A stretch of DNA of 64,000 nucleotides, taken from positions 579,740 through 643,739 of the forward strand of contig OY970181.1 of NCBI GenBank assembly GCA_963708045.1. The letters are read 5' to 3'. A program made the translations under genes and the position numbers. The notes under the pieces were generated by a model. That model was not told the DNA's origin. It saw nothing but the letters and a program-made list of their open reading frames with translations, and did not search any database. Source of the DNA: an uncultured bacterium (GTDB taxonomy: Bacteria > Patescibacteriota > Patescibacteriia > CAIQCM01). Positions 1-7,553 of this stretch are shown here, in pieces (the first letter of the stretch is position 1; every line of letters starts with the position of its first letter).

Positions 1-475
1 TGCAATAACGCTTGAGCGATTCGGAAACCGTGATCGTTCGGTCGGCATTACCACAGGCCGACCATTCGCCAAGGCGAAGCATTATGCGCGCAAAGTTTCC
101 CCATTTGTCGTGGGTGCGGTCAATGCAATGGAAAGTCACGACCACGCGCGTCTTAGGCGAAAGCAAACGCGGCAGCCACGCGAGAAGCGCCGGCCCAACG
201 CCGTGATAGTGGATAATGTCCGGTTTTAAAATAAAGATGGCGTGTAATGTGGAAGTGAAAGTGTGAATAATCGCGTCCAGATTTTTGGTATGCAAAGTCG
301 GCGTGAAAATTTGTTTCACCTTGGTGTTTTCGTTTTCGGGCGCATACCAGCGGCGGCAATAAACCGAAACATCCGTGCCGTTTTGGGCAAGGCGATCGGA
401 AAGCTCAGCGACGTGACGTTCAACGCCACCAAACTTAGCCGGAATCCCTTTTTGTCCGATCATTGCGACTTTCAT
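1..475 (-). CDS. Glycosyltransferase family 4 (group 1), N-terminal part. The gene continues beyond the window start.
   Basis: Reverse-strand translation from the ATG (complement of 473-475) gives MKVAMIGQKGIPAKFGGVERHVAELSDRLAQNGTDVSVYCRRWY. This is the classic GT4 N-terminal 'GG(V/I)ERHV' glycosyltransferase fold signature. The ORF runs off the window edge. Confidence 0.6.
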   Translation of the reverse strand, partial: MKVAMIGQKGIPAKFGGVERHVAELSDRLAQNGTDVSVYCRRWYAPENENTKVKQIFTPTLHTKNLDAIIHTFTSTLHAIFILKPDIIHYHGVGPALLAWLPRLLSPKTRVVVTFHCIDRTHDKWGNFARIMLRLGEWSACGNADRTITVSESLKRYC

Positions 476-543
476 AGTAACGAAGCACCTTAGCAAAAAA
501 CGTACTTTTTGTCAATGTCATAATTAGCGAAAAAATACATCTA

Positions 544-571
544 AAAAACGGCCTTATTAGGCCGTTTTTTA
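544..571. terminator. Bidirectional rho-independent terminator hairpin
   Basis: aaaaacggcc-ttatta-ggccgtttttt. It is a GC stem flanked by A-run and T-run, downstream of the minus-strand gene ending at 595. Confidence 0.6.
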
Positions 572-594
572 TCGTTTGTTAACTAAAGAATAAT

Positions 595-2436
595 TTATCG
601 CACCGGACCCGTTGCGGCGGCTTTGGTGTCGTCTATGAGTTTAGTGTTGAGGTCGGCGGCGTTGGCGTTTAGTTCAAGAGCGGTAAAAGAATCGCTGCCG
701 TTAATTTTTATGTTTGAAAGCAGGGCCGGGTAAGTGCCTGTTTGGTTAGCGGTCGGTGTTAACGCGACTTCAAAACCCGCACCAACAGCGTCCGTTGCCG
801 AGCCGGGGAAGGGCGCGACGGAGCCGGCGTTCCAAGTTACGGTTCTTGTTCCTGGGTCAAAGATAATTGGGTCGCCCGCGGAAACCGTCGCTTTGCCGGT
901 ATAACTAATATTTGCGGGGAGCGTTCCAGTAACACTGACGTTATCAACATTATTGGTGGTGTTTGTCACGTTAAAAAATACCCAGTATTTGGTTGTTTTG
1001 CCAACCAAAGGCGGCAGTGGTCCGCGGCCAAGTTGGTCGCCTTCGGCCGAATAGTAACGCGCAGTGGCACTGATCCCGAGCGTGGAAGCAATCTTGACGC
1101 TCCATTTTGGCGAAGAAATTGTTACATTGTCCGTACCAAGTTTTCCTTTGATAACGAAACCAAAGCCGAGTGCTGGGTTATTTTTTGTCGCAAGCGCGCC
1201 TGGCAAAGTTTGCGGCAAGCGAACATTGGCCGTGCTGGTAAATTTATCGCCGGGCGCGAGGGTTGTTTCTGAAAGATTTATTTTTTCGGCGACAATTCCA
1301 TCTTCGGAAATAAGGGCAAACGAAACGTTTGTGAGCGTTAAGTCGCCGTCGTTTTTATATTCAAGCGAATAGGGGATAAGTTCGCCGGGCCGACCGACGT
1401 TTTTACCAGAAACAGACAAGGTTATTTTTGGATCAAGAACATTAGTTCCGCCGCTCGTTGTGGCTTGCTCCACGTATTCGCCGCCCGACTTAGCGTCAAG
1501 TTCGGCTGAAAAATTTGTCCCGGAAACTGTGTTCGTAAGCGTTCCGTTCCAACCAAAAGTTCCCTCGGAATTGGCTTTAATCGTGCCGAGCGCTAAGCGT
1601 CCGTCTTTTGTGGCTATGTCCGCAGAATTTAGGATAAAGCCATCTGGCCAGTTAACGGTGAGATAAAGATTTTCCGCGTCCTTGTTTCCTTTGTTGGTAT
1701 AGCGAATTTTTCCCGAAAAATTTTGGCCGACAATCATTTGGCTGGGGAGTTCAAAGGCGATCGTGAGGAGCGAACGGGAAATGTTAAAATTTCCCGAAGC
1801 TGAGGTTTTTCCTTTGTCGTTTGTTGCGGTGTTTGTGTAACTTAAAACACCGGAAATTTTTTGTTTTTGTCCGACGGCGCCAGAAAGGTCGGCGTGGAGG
1901 AGAGCAAGCGCAGCGCCGCCCGGGTCAATGGAATCAAAATGAAGAATGTTTGTTTGGTGGTCAAATGGAACACTGGAACTTTTTATGGAAATTGATTTTG
2001 GTAAATGCAACGAGAGATCGGCCGAAATCATGTCCGCAAGATTATTTTGTACGCTCGCTTTAATGATTATTTCGCCACCGGAAACCGGTTCGTTTGGAAG
2101 GATCGTAAACGTAAGTTTAGTCGGCTCAAAAGTTTTATAGAAAAAAACAAAATAAATCGCCGCGGTTGCCGCAAGCGCGCCAAGCAGAACCAGTCCGGCG
2201 TCAATTAAAAAGATGGTGAGAGGCTTTTTAAATTTTTTTTCGTAGCGGGTTTTGTAGACGTTCGTAATCGGTTCGGTAAGAAAGGTTTTTGCCGGTTCGG
2301 CCATAATATTGAGCGTGCCGATAAAAACACCGCCGCGGCGCGCCGCTTCGGCAATCGGGCTTTTGTTTTCTTCAATCACTTCGCCCTCTATTGGTTTTGT
2401 TTCATTGTCAGGCATATTTTTTGTGTCATAGACCAT
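595..2436 (-). CDS. Membrane-anchored cell-surface protein with T/N/S/G-rich beta repeats (CARDB/DUF11-like)
   Basis: 613-aa ORF. It has an N-terminal cytoplasmic stretch, then one TM helix (TIFLIDAGLVLLGALAATAAIYFVFFY), then a long low-complexity Thr/Asn/Gly-rich extracellular region with DUF11/CARDB-like motifs (LSEYKNDGDLTLTNVSFAL). Confidence 0.5.
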   Translation of the reverse strand: MVYDTKNMPDNETKPIEGEVIEENKSPIAEAARRGGVFIGTLNIMAEPAKTFLTEPITNVYKTRYEKKFKKPLTIFLIDAGLVLLGALAATAAIYFVFFYKTFEPTKLTFTILPNEPVSGGEIIIKASVQNNLADMISADLSLHLPKSISIKSSSVPFDHQTNILHFDSIDPGGAALALLHADLSGAVGQKQKISGVLSYTNTATNDKGKTSASGNFNISRSLLTIAFELPSQMIVGQNFSGKIRYTNKGNKDAENLYLTVNWPDGFILNSADIATKDGRLALGTIKANSEGTFGWNGTLTNTVSGTNFSAELDAKSGGEYVEQATTSGGTNVLDPKITLSVSGKNVGRPGELIPYSLEYKNDGDLTLTNVSFALISEDGIVAEKINLSETTLAPGDKFTSTANVRLPQTLPGALATKNNPALGFGFVIKGKLGTDNVTISSPKWSVKIASTLGISATARYYSAEGDQLGRGPLPPLVGKTTKYWVFFNVTNTTNNVDNVSVTGTLPANISYTGKATVSAGDPIIFDPGTRTVTWNAGSVAPFPGSATDAVGAGFEVALTPTANQTGTYPALLSNIKINGSDSFTALELNANAADLNTKLIDDTKAAATGPVR

Positions 2437-2477
2437 GTACCATCAAATATGGTGGTTCATGGTTCATGGTTTATGGT

Positions 2478-4664
2478 TTATGGAATCATACCCAAGAATA
2501 ATGGTCGCTCGGGAGTTTGGAGTAGTTCCGGTAAAACCTCGGCTGGAACACGAGGTAAGACCTCGGAGATCTGAGGACTCGCCTCAGGAATAGGAAGGGG
2601 CGGCGCGCCGAGCGTGGCGGCGGCAAAAACGTCACTGCTTTGAGTAATAATTTCTATTTTTCCGTCGCCTTGAACATCGCCTGCGGAAACCTTAACGCCC
2701 TTTTTTGAACTTTGCGCAAAGGCGAAAAATTGAACAACTACTTTGTTTTTATTTGTCGGGTCAAAAACGCGCACGTGCGGCCCGCCACCCGCGCCGGCGC
2801 CGGTAATAATCTGTCCGTGTTTAAGGCCGATAATGTCGCCAACGGCCACATAAACGCCGCCTTTAAAGGTTTGTGCGTAAGCGAAGAACTGATATTTAAT
2901 AATACCGCTTCCGCTCCAAGCACGCACGTGCGGCCCGCCACCCGCGCCGGCGCCAGTCACAATTTCAGCGGCCGAATCATTGTCAACATTGCCGACGGCC
3001 AAATGCACGCCGCCTTTAAAATTTTTCGCGTAAGCTAGGAACGATTTAATTTCGTGTCCAGACACATCAAAGATTTTAACTTCTGGTGTTCCACCCGCGC
3101 CAGCGCCTAAAATGATCTCGTTTTTGCCGTCGTTATTCACGTCGCCCACGCCAAATTCCATTCCGTTTTTCCATTTCACGCCAAAAGGTTGCCACGAAGC
3201 AATAGCATTTTTTGCGGAATTATAAATCGTGACGCTGGTTTTGTCGGCGGAAATCGTTTCAATATTTCCATCGGCGTTGATGTCGGTTTCTAAAATTTGG
3301 ACGCCGCCTTTAAAACGATCGTCATAGGCAAAAAAACCGTCGCGTGTTTGTATGGCATTGCTTCCCCAAATACGGACAAATGATCCGTTAAAATAGGCGG
3401 CGCTCGCGATTTTGGCGAGCGGCCGAAGCATAATAAGTCCATCACGCGCCGGAATCGTTACGCTTGAAATAATGGATCCATCGTTGGTTATGCTGTCTTC
3501 GGTGCCGCGGATTTTTTCAAATTCAGAATCAAAAGTAATTGTTTGCGCTTGGTTAGTTGGGTTTACCAAAGCAATGCCTTTTTCAAAATTTCGTTGCCAA
3601 ACGCCGGAAGTAAATTTAATGGCTGTTCCTGTGCCGACGCTCGCGCCGGTAATGGCGTTTTTGGCGAGACCAGTTGGTTTGCCTAAATAAACTTCATATT
3701 CGTCATAGCGCCAGGTTTGTCCGTGATCTTGGTCGCCAAAGTCAAAGCTAAAATAGCCGTCGCCCATAAGCGCGCTTGCAAGCGCGAAGCGCATTTTTTG
3801 ATAATCCTCGCGATTGCCGGTGTTGGCCGTGTTGGCGTTTATAATAAACGCTTCGGGCGCGGCGACGACGGTTAGGTTGGCAACATAGCGGCGCATTATT
3901 TCGTACCAATCACCGTTCGCTTCCCAAGTTGCGGGAAACGATTCAAACATTCGGCCGTTCGTGAGTGGCTGAAACTCGGGCGTTGAAGTTCCGTTGATGA
4001 CGAAAATTTTTTGCGGGTCTAGGCTGCGCGCCGTCTTTAACATTGTAATCATTCCATTTTTCCAAGCCGCATCGGCTGTCTGCGCACCATCATTAATTCC
4101 GTCGCGGTTCAAGTCAACATTGCTGTTATTTACCCAAGAGATGCTATCCGACACCTCGTCGTAAAAAATTCCATCCCATTTTCCGGTGTTTAAAATATTG
4201 TCGTGAACGTAATTGGGCAGGTAAGTATTCCAGCTTGAAGTTGCCGAAAGTGCTTGTGTGCCCGGCCAAACGGAAATTGCGCCGCCGTATGAATCGCGAA
4301 GCCACATTTCGTCGCTAATGCCGCTTTTAAGATTAACGTGCAATGAATCGCCCCAGCCAGTAATGTAACTTTTGGTCGGGACGTAAGCAATTATAATGAT
4401 GTTTGGATTACGGCTTCTTAGTTCGCCAAAAACTTCGGGTTGTGATTCCTGAAGTTCGGCTGGTAAAATTATTAAATCAAACTTAGCGAGCGCCTCGTAG
4501 TCTTCTTGGTACACCAGTTTCATATATGGCACCGCCGTGCGCACAAATTTATCCGTCGGCGTGGCGGCTGATATTTTGGTGATTGGAAATAAATTTAAAA
4601 CAAAAATTATCGCGATAACGCTTTTAAATATTTTAAGGAAATTTTTTATGGGCAGGTTTTTCAT
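2478..4664 (-). CDS. Secreted glycoside-hydrolase-like (TIM-barrel GHL/GH114-type) domain fused to C-terminal FG-GAP/VCBS repeats
   Basis: 728 aa with an N-terminal signal peptide. The central region resembles putative glycosyl hydrolase-like families. The C-terminus has at least 4 repeats of the pattern VGDVNNDGKNEIILGAGAGGTPEVKIFD / AVGNVDNDSAAEIVTGAGAGGGPHVRAW, which is typical FG-GAP. Confidence 0.5.
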   Translation of the reverse strand: MKNLPIKNFLKIFKSVIAIIFVLNLFPITKISAATPTDKFVRTAVPYMKLVYQEDYEALAKFDLIILPAELQESQPEVFGELRSRNPNIIIIAYVPTKSYITGWGDSLHVNLKSGISDEMWLRDSYGGAISVWPGTQALSATSSWNTYLPNYVHDNILNTGKWDGIFYDEVSDSISWVNNSNVDLNRDGINDGAQTADAAWKNGMITMLKTARSLDPQKIFVINGTSTPEFQPLTNGRMFESFPATWEANGDWYEIMRRYVANLTVVAAPEAFIINANTANTGNREDYQKMRFALASALMGDGYFSFDFGDQDHGQTWRYDEYEVYLGKPTGLAKNAITGASVGTGTAIKFTSGVWQRNFEKGIALVNPTNQAQTITFDSEFEKIRGTEDSITNDGSIISSVTIPARDGLIMLRPLAKIASAAYFNGSFVRIWGSNAIQTRDGFFAYDDRFKGGVQILETDINADGNIETISADKTSVTIYNSAKNAIASWQPFGVKWKNGMEFGVGDVNNDGKNEIILGAGAGGTPEVKIFDVSGHEIKSFLAYAKNFKGGVHLAVGNVDNDSAAEIVTGAGAGGGPHVRAWSGSGIIKYQFFAYAQTFKGGVYVAVGDIIGLKHGQIITGAGAGGGPHVRVFDPTNKNKVVVQFFAFAQSSKKGVKVSAGDVQGDGKIEIITQSSDVFAAATLGAPPLPIPEASPQISEVLPRVPAEVLPELLQTPERPLFLGMIP

Positions 4665-4732
4665 ACGTCCAATGTCTAGTGCCTAACAAAGCGGTGTGCC
4701 GCGAAGCGGCGATTCGGATTAGATATTAGAAA

Positions 4733-5038
4733 TTAGATATTAGGTATTTTTTCCTTACTCTCTTCCTTCTTCAACACCGCCGGATTTGGCGAGAATTTTT
4801 TGTTGCTAATCTTCCAACTGCCGACAAATTGGCCAATCCCTTTTGCTTCGGATTTGTTTCTAACGTGCGCCGAAGCCTGCGACCATTTTACGAGCGACTC
4901 AAAAGAGATCTTATACCTATTTTGGACAACAACATAATTAAGCAGACCACTTGAAATAGCCCTACGGACGGTGAGGGCGCTAACGCCAAATAGTTTGGCG
5001 GCTTCGGATACGGATAGTCTAATGATGTTGTCGGACAT
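4733..5038 (-). CDS. Excisionase/MerR-type helix-turn-helix DNA-binding protein
   Basis: LSVSEAAKLFGVSALTVRRAISSGLL is an Xis-family HTH motif. The start is placed at the internal Met (MSDNIIRL), because the upstream 15 codons overlap a REP-like 'tggttcatgg' repeat. The ORF-track start is 5083. Confidence 0.5.
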   Translation of the reverse strand: MSDNIIRLSVSEAAKLFGVSALTVRRAISSGLLNYVVVQNRYKISFESLVKWSQASAHVRNKSEAKGIGQFVGSWKISNKKFSPNPAVLKKEESKEKIPNI

Positions 5039-5099
5039 TGTCGTTAGGGGATAGGGGCTAGATATGAACCATGAACCATCCATATACGCTCCGCGCTAG

Positions 5100-5280
5100 A
5101 TGCTATTTGTGTACGCTAGCGTACACAAATAGGCGGTTTTTGACTGCCTTGACCTTATCAGTTTTTGACCTAAATGTCAACCGTCAAGGGTCAAGGGTAT
5201 AGGGGATAGGGTTTAGTATCTTTCTGCAAACTCTATACACTAAACTATACCCTAACCCCTAAACCACGCGCTTGCCCAAA
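5100..5280. repeat. REP-like palindromic intergenic repeats: a perfect 30-nt palindrome plus inverted 'gggtataggg' arms
   Basis: ctatttgtgtacgctagcgtacacaaatag is a perfect palindrome. gggtataggggatagggtttag ... ctaaactataccctaacccctaaacc are imperfect inverted arms. The same 'accctataccc' family recurs at 21085-21195, 48380-48465 and 49690-49745. Confidence 0.5.
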
Positions 5281-5394
5281 AACCCTATTTGTTGTACTTT
5301 AGAACCACTTCGTTGGAGTCGAAGTCAGCAGAATGTTTGATGTTAGTTGGCAAAATACAATTTTAAAGCTAAATAAAGCGAGAAAAAATCGCTT

Positions 5395-5500
5395 AATTTA
5401 GTTATTTAGAGATAGAGATTAGATGTTAGATATTAGACGTTATGAAGACGAATAACAAACTTCTACATTCCAATCTCTAATCTCCAATCTCTATAGAAAG
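5395..5500. repeat. MITE/REP-like ~90-nt imperfect palindromic element, copy 1 ('agagattagag' arms, core gaagacgaataacaaacttc)
   Basis: Arms tagagatagagattagatgttagatattagacg / ctacattccaatctctaatctccaatctctat flank a conserved core. It is homologous to copies at 6062-6150 and, inverted, at 7222-7312. Confidence 0.55.
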
Positions 5501-5534
5501 GTGTAACATTATCCTCCAGTAAACGATTAACTAT

Positions 5535-6062
5535 ATGAGCAACCCGCTCACTGAGCGGCTTTGGGTGTATAGAATCAAAATGGGTCGGGACCAGAAATCA
5601 TTTGCCGCCATTTATGATCGTTATCTTACCCAAATCTACCGCTTCGTGTTCTTCAAAGTAGGATCAGAAGAAGATGCCAAGGAAATATCCACGGATGTTT
5701 TTATGCGCGCTTGGGAGCATATTTCTTCTGGCAAAGAAGTGACTCATTTAACGGGTCTCCTATATATGATTGCGCGCAGCGCGGTTGTGGATCACTTGCG
5801 CAAAAAAAAGTTTGAATTGGTTTCAATAGAAGACGCGCCAGAGACCGTTGATCAAAGAATGAATTCGGCGATGTCGTCCGAGCTTGGCGACACGCTCGCG
5901 GCGATCAAACTTTTGAAAGAAGAATATCGCGAAGCGCTCCTAATGCGGCACGTTGATGGACTTGGGGTGGGGGAGATTGCGAGCGCACTTGGAAAGACAA
6001 ATGGCAACACGCGCGTTCTTCTACACCGCGCCACGGAAGCGTTAAAAGAAATAATGAAATAG
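5535..6062 (+). CDS. RNA polymerase sigma-70 family, ECF-type sigma factor
   Basis: 175 aa. Region 2 is YRFVFFKVGSEEDAKEISTDVFMRAWE and region 4 is REALLMRHVDGLGVGEIASALGKTNGNTRVLLHRA. Size and motifs are typical of the ECF subfamily. Confidence 0.85.
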   Translation: MSNPLTERLWVYRIKMGRDQKSFAAIYDRYLTQIYRFVFFKVGSEEDAKEISTDVFMRAWEHISSGKEVTHLTGLLYMIARSAVVDHLRKKKFELVSIEDAPETVDQRMNSAMSSELGDTLAAIKLLKEEYREALLMRHVDGLGVGEIASALGKTNGNTRVLLHRATEALKEIMK

Positions 6063-6150
6063 AATTAGTAATAGAGATTAGAGATTGGAAATTAGATTTT
6101 GGAAGACGGATAACAAACTTCTAACATCCAATTTCTAATCTCAAATCTCT
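6062..6150. repeat. MITE/REP-like palindromic element, copy 2
   Basis: tagagattagagattggaaattagattttggaagacggataacaaacttctaacatccaatttctaatctcaaatctctaatc. The reverse complement of copy 3 is near-identical across the ~45-nt core. Confidence 0.55.
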
Positions 6151-6162
6151 AATCAAGTAAAA

Positions 6163-7221
6163 ATGACCAACAAGGAAATAAAAAATAAACTCTCCGCTCT
6201 TGCCGCCCTAAAGGCGACAGGGGAGCCGAACGCGCTCTGGGTAACCGAGACGCGCGCTTTGCTTATGGAAAAAATTTCCTCGTCCAAGGCGGCTCCAGTA
6301 ACGGCGGCACAAGAAATCATCAAACTGCCGCGCGTTGGATTTTTTCCAAAACTAATGTTTGCAATGCGTCCGCTTATGGTTGTTGTTTTGGTTTTTGGTT
6401 TTGGTGCTTTTGGATATTTTGGAAGCATTGGCGCGATCGCTTCGTCGCTTCCAGGAAACAAGCTTTATGGATTTAAAACAATGGCCGAACGTGCTGAGCT
6501 GACTTTCGCGGCGTCCGATGATGCGCGCGCACTTTTGCATGCCGACTTTGCCTCACGCCGCGCTTCCGAAGTAGCGGCTTTGGCCGAAGCCGGTTCTGGT
6601 GCATCAGAAAAAAATGTTGCTGCGGCAATGGCCAATCTTACTCATGAAATGAAAAATGTAAGTGAAACAATGAAGGCGGTTACAACGGATTACGGCGCTG
6701 GTGCGGTCGCAATTGCTAAGGCTGTTGATCGTAAGGCCGCCGAAGTACGGACGATTATTGGCAAGACAAAGTCAATGCTTTCTTTGGCTTCAAAAGATCA
6801 GGTTCAGTCGGTGGAAGATATGGCTGACGATCTTTCGCTTCAAGCCGTGGCCGTGCTTGCCGCCGCACCTGCTGACAAAAATGACGACGTTAAAAATCGC
6901 GTTCAGGAAAATATAAACAGCGTTCAGAAAAAATTAGAAATCGCGACGCCAGAAGGTGCCGAAGAACTTAAGGATGCCAAGGCGGCCAAAGCCGCGCTTA
7001 CCGCGGCGCAAAAAGCCGCTGATAGCGCGGACTATATTGGTGCAGTAACCAAGGTTCAGGAAGCGGTTTTGCTAGCGACGCCCGACAAGGCGACAGTGGT
7101 TGACACAACAACCGTAAACGTAAATGCCAACACGCCAAAAGTTGAAACGAATGTTAATGCAAACACCAACACCAACACAAATACTAATCAGCCTGCCAAA
7201 ATTAAAGCCATTGATTTGTAA
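6163..7221 (+). CDS. DUF5667-like membrane protein, putative anti-sigma factor partner of the upstream ECF sigma
   Basis: It sits immediately downstream of the ECF sigma. The N-terminal cytoplasmic segment (MTNKEIKNKLSALAALKA...) is followed by a single TM helix (LMVVVLVFGFGAFGYFGSIGAI) and an Ala-rich helical periplasmic domain. The tail is low-complexity NVNANTNTNTNTN. This architecture matches DUF5667 proteins paired with sigma factors. Confidence 0.55.
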   Translation: MTNKEIKNKLSALAALKATGEPNALWVTETRALLMEKISSSKAAPVTAAQEIIKLPRVGFFPKLMFAMRPLMVVVLVFGFGAFGYFGSIGAIASSLPGNKLYGFKTMAERAELTFAASDDARALLHADFASRRASEVAALAEAGSGASEKNVAAAMANLTHEMKNVSETMKAVTTDYGAGAVAIAKAVDRKAAEVRTIIGKTKSMLSLASKDQVQSVEDMADDLSLQAVAVLAAAPADKNDDVKNRVQENINSVQKKLEIATPEGAEELKDAKAAKAALTAAQKAADSADYIGAVTKVQEAVLLATPDKATVVDTTTVNVNANTPKVETNVNANTNTNTNTNQPAKIKAIDL

Positions 7222-7312
7222 ATTTAAAAAAAGAGATTAGACCTTAGAGATTAGATGTTAGAAGATTGTGTCCGTCTTCTAAAATCTAATTTCCAATCTC
7301 TAAGATCATTCC
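7222..7312. repeat. MITE/REP-like palindromic element, copy 3 (inverted orientation)
   Basis: Its reverse complement is ggaaattagattttagaagacggacacaatcttctaacatc..., which matches the copy 2 core. Confidence 0.55.
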
Positions 7313-7322
7313 TGATTCCGTC

Positions 7323-7500
7323 TTTCATTTTGTTTTTAAAACAAAATGAAAGACGGAATCGGGATAAATCCCGTTTTCTTTAAAAAATAATTCCGCCGTT
7401 CTGGCGCAGGACTCTTTACACGAAATTTTTGCGTAAAGAGTCCTGCGCACTAAAGAGCGGCGGGCTTGATTCGTCAAAGGTTGAATCCCGCTCGCCGGGA
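7323..7500. repeat. Cluster of three near-perfect long hairpins in the 5' region of the giant surface-protein gene
   Basis: Hairpin 1 is ccgtctttcattttgtt-tttaaa-aacaaaatgaaagacgg (17-bp perfect stem). Hairpin 2 is cgggat-aaa-tcccg. Hairpin 3 is gcgcaggactctttac...gtaaagagtcctgcgc (16-bp perfect stem) nested in ccgccg...cggcgg. Confidence 0.45.
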
Positions 7501-7553
7501 AGTCACTCAAGTAACTTAACTATTCTTAAATAAAAAGAAAAAATTTCATCAAT

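Noticed and set aside
4715-7312. Possible CRISPR array suggested by recurring 'agagattagag' motifs
   Set aside because: The copies are imperfect inverted arms of palindromic elements. They are not regularly spaced identical direct repeats separated by unique spacers, and no cas genes are present.
7325-7510. 61-aa minus-strand ORF in the hairpin-rich region upstream of the 7554 gene
   Set aside because: It is composed of translated palindromes and coincides with three perfect stem-loops. Almost certainly non-coding.
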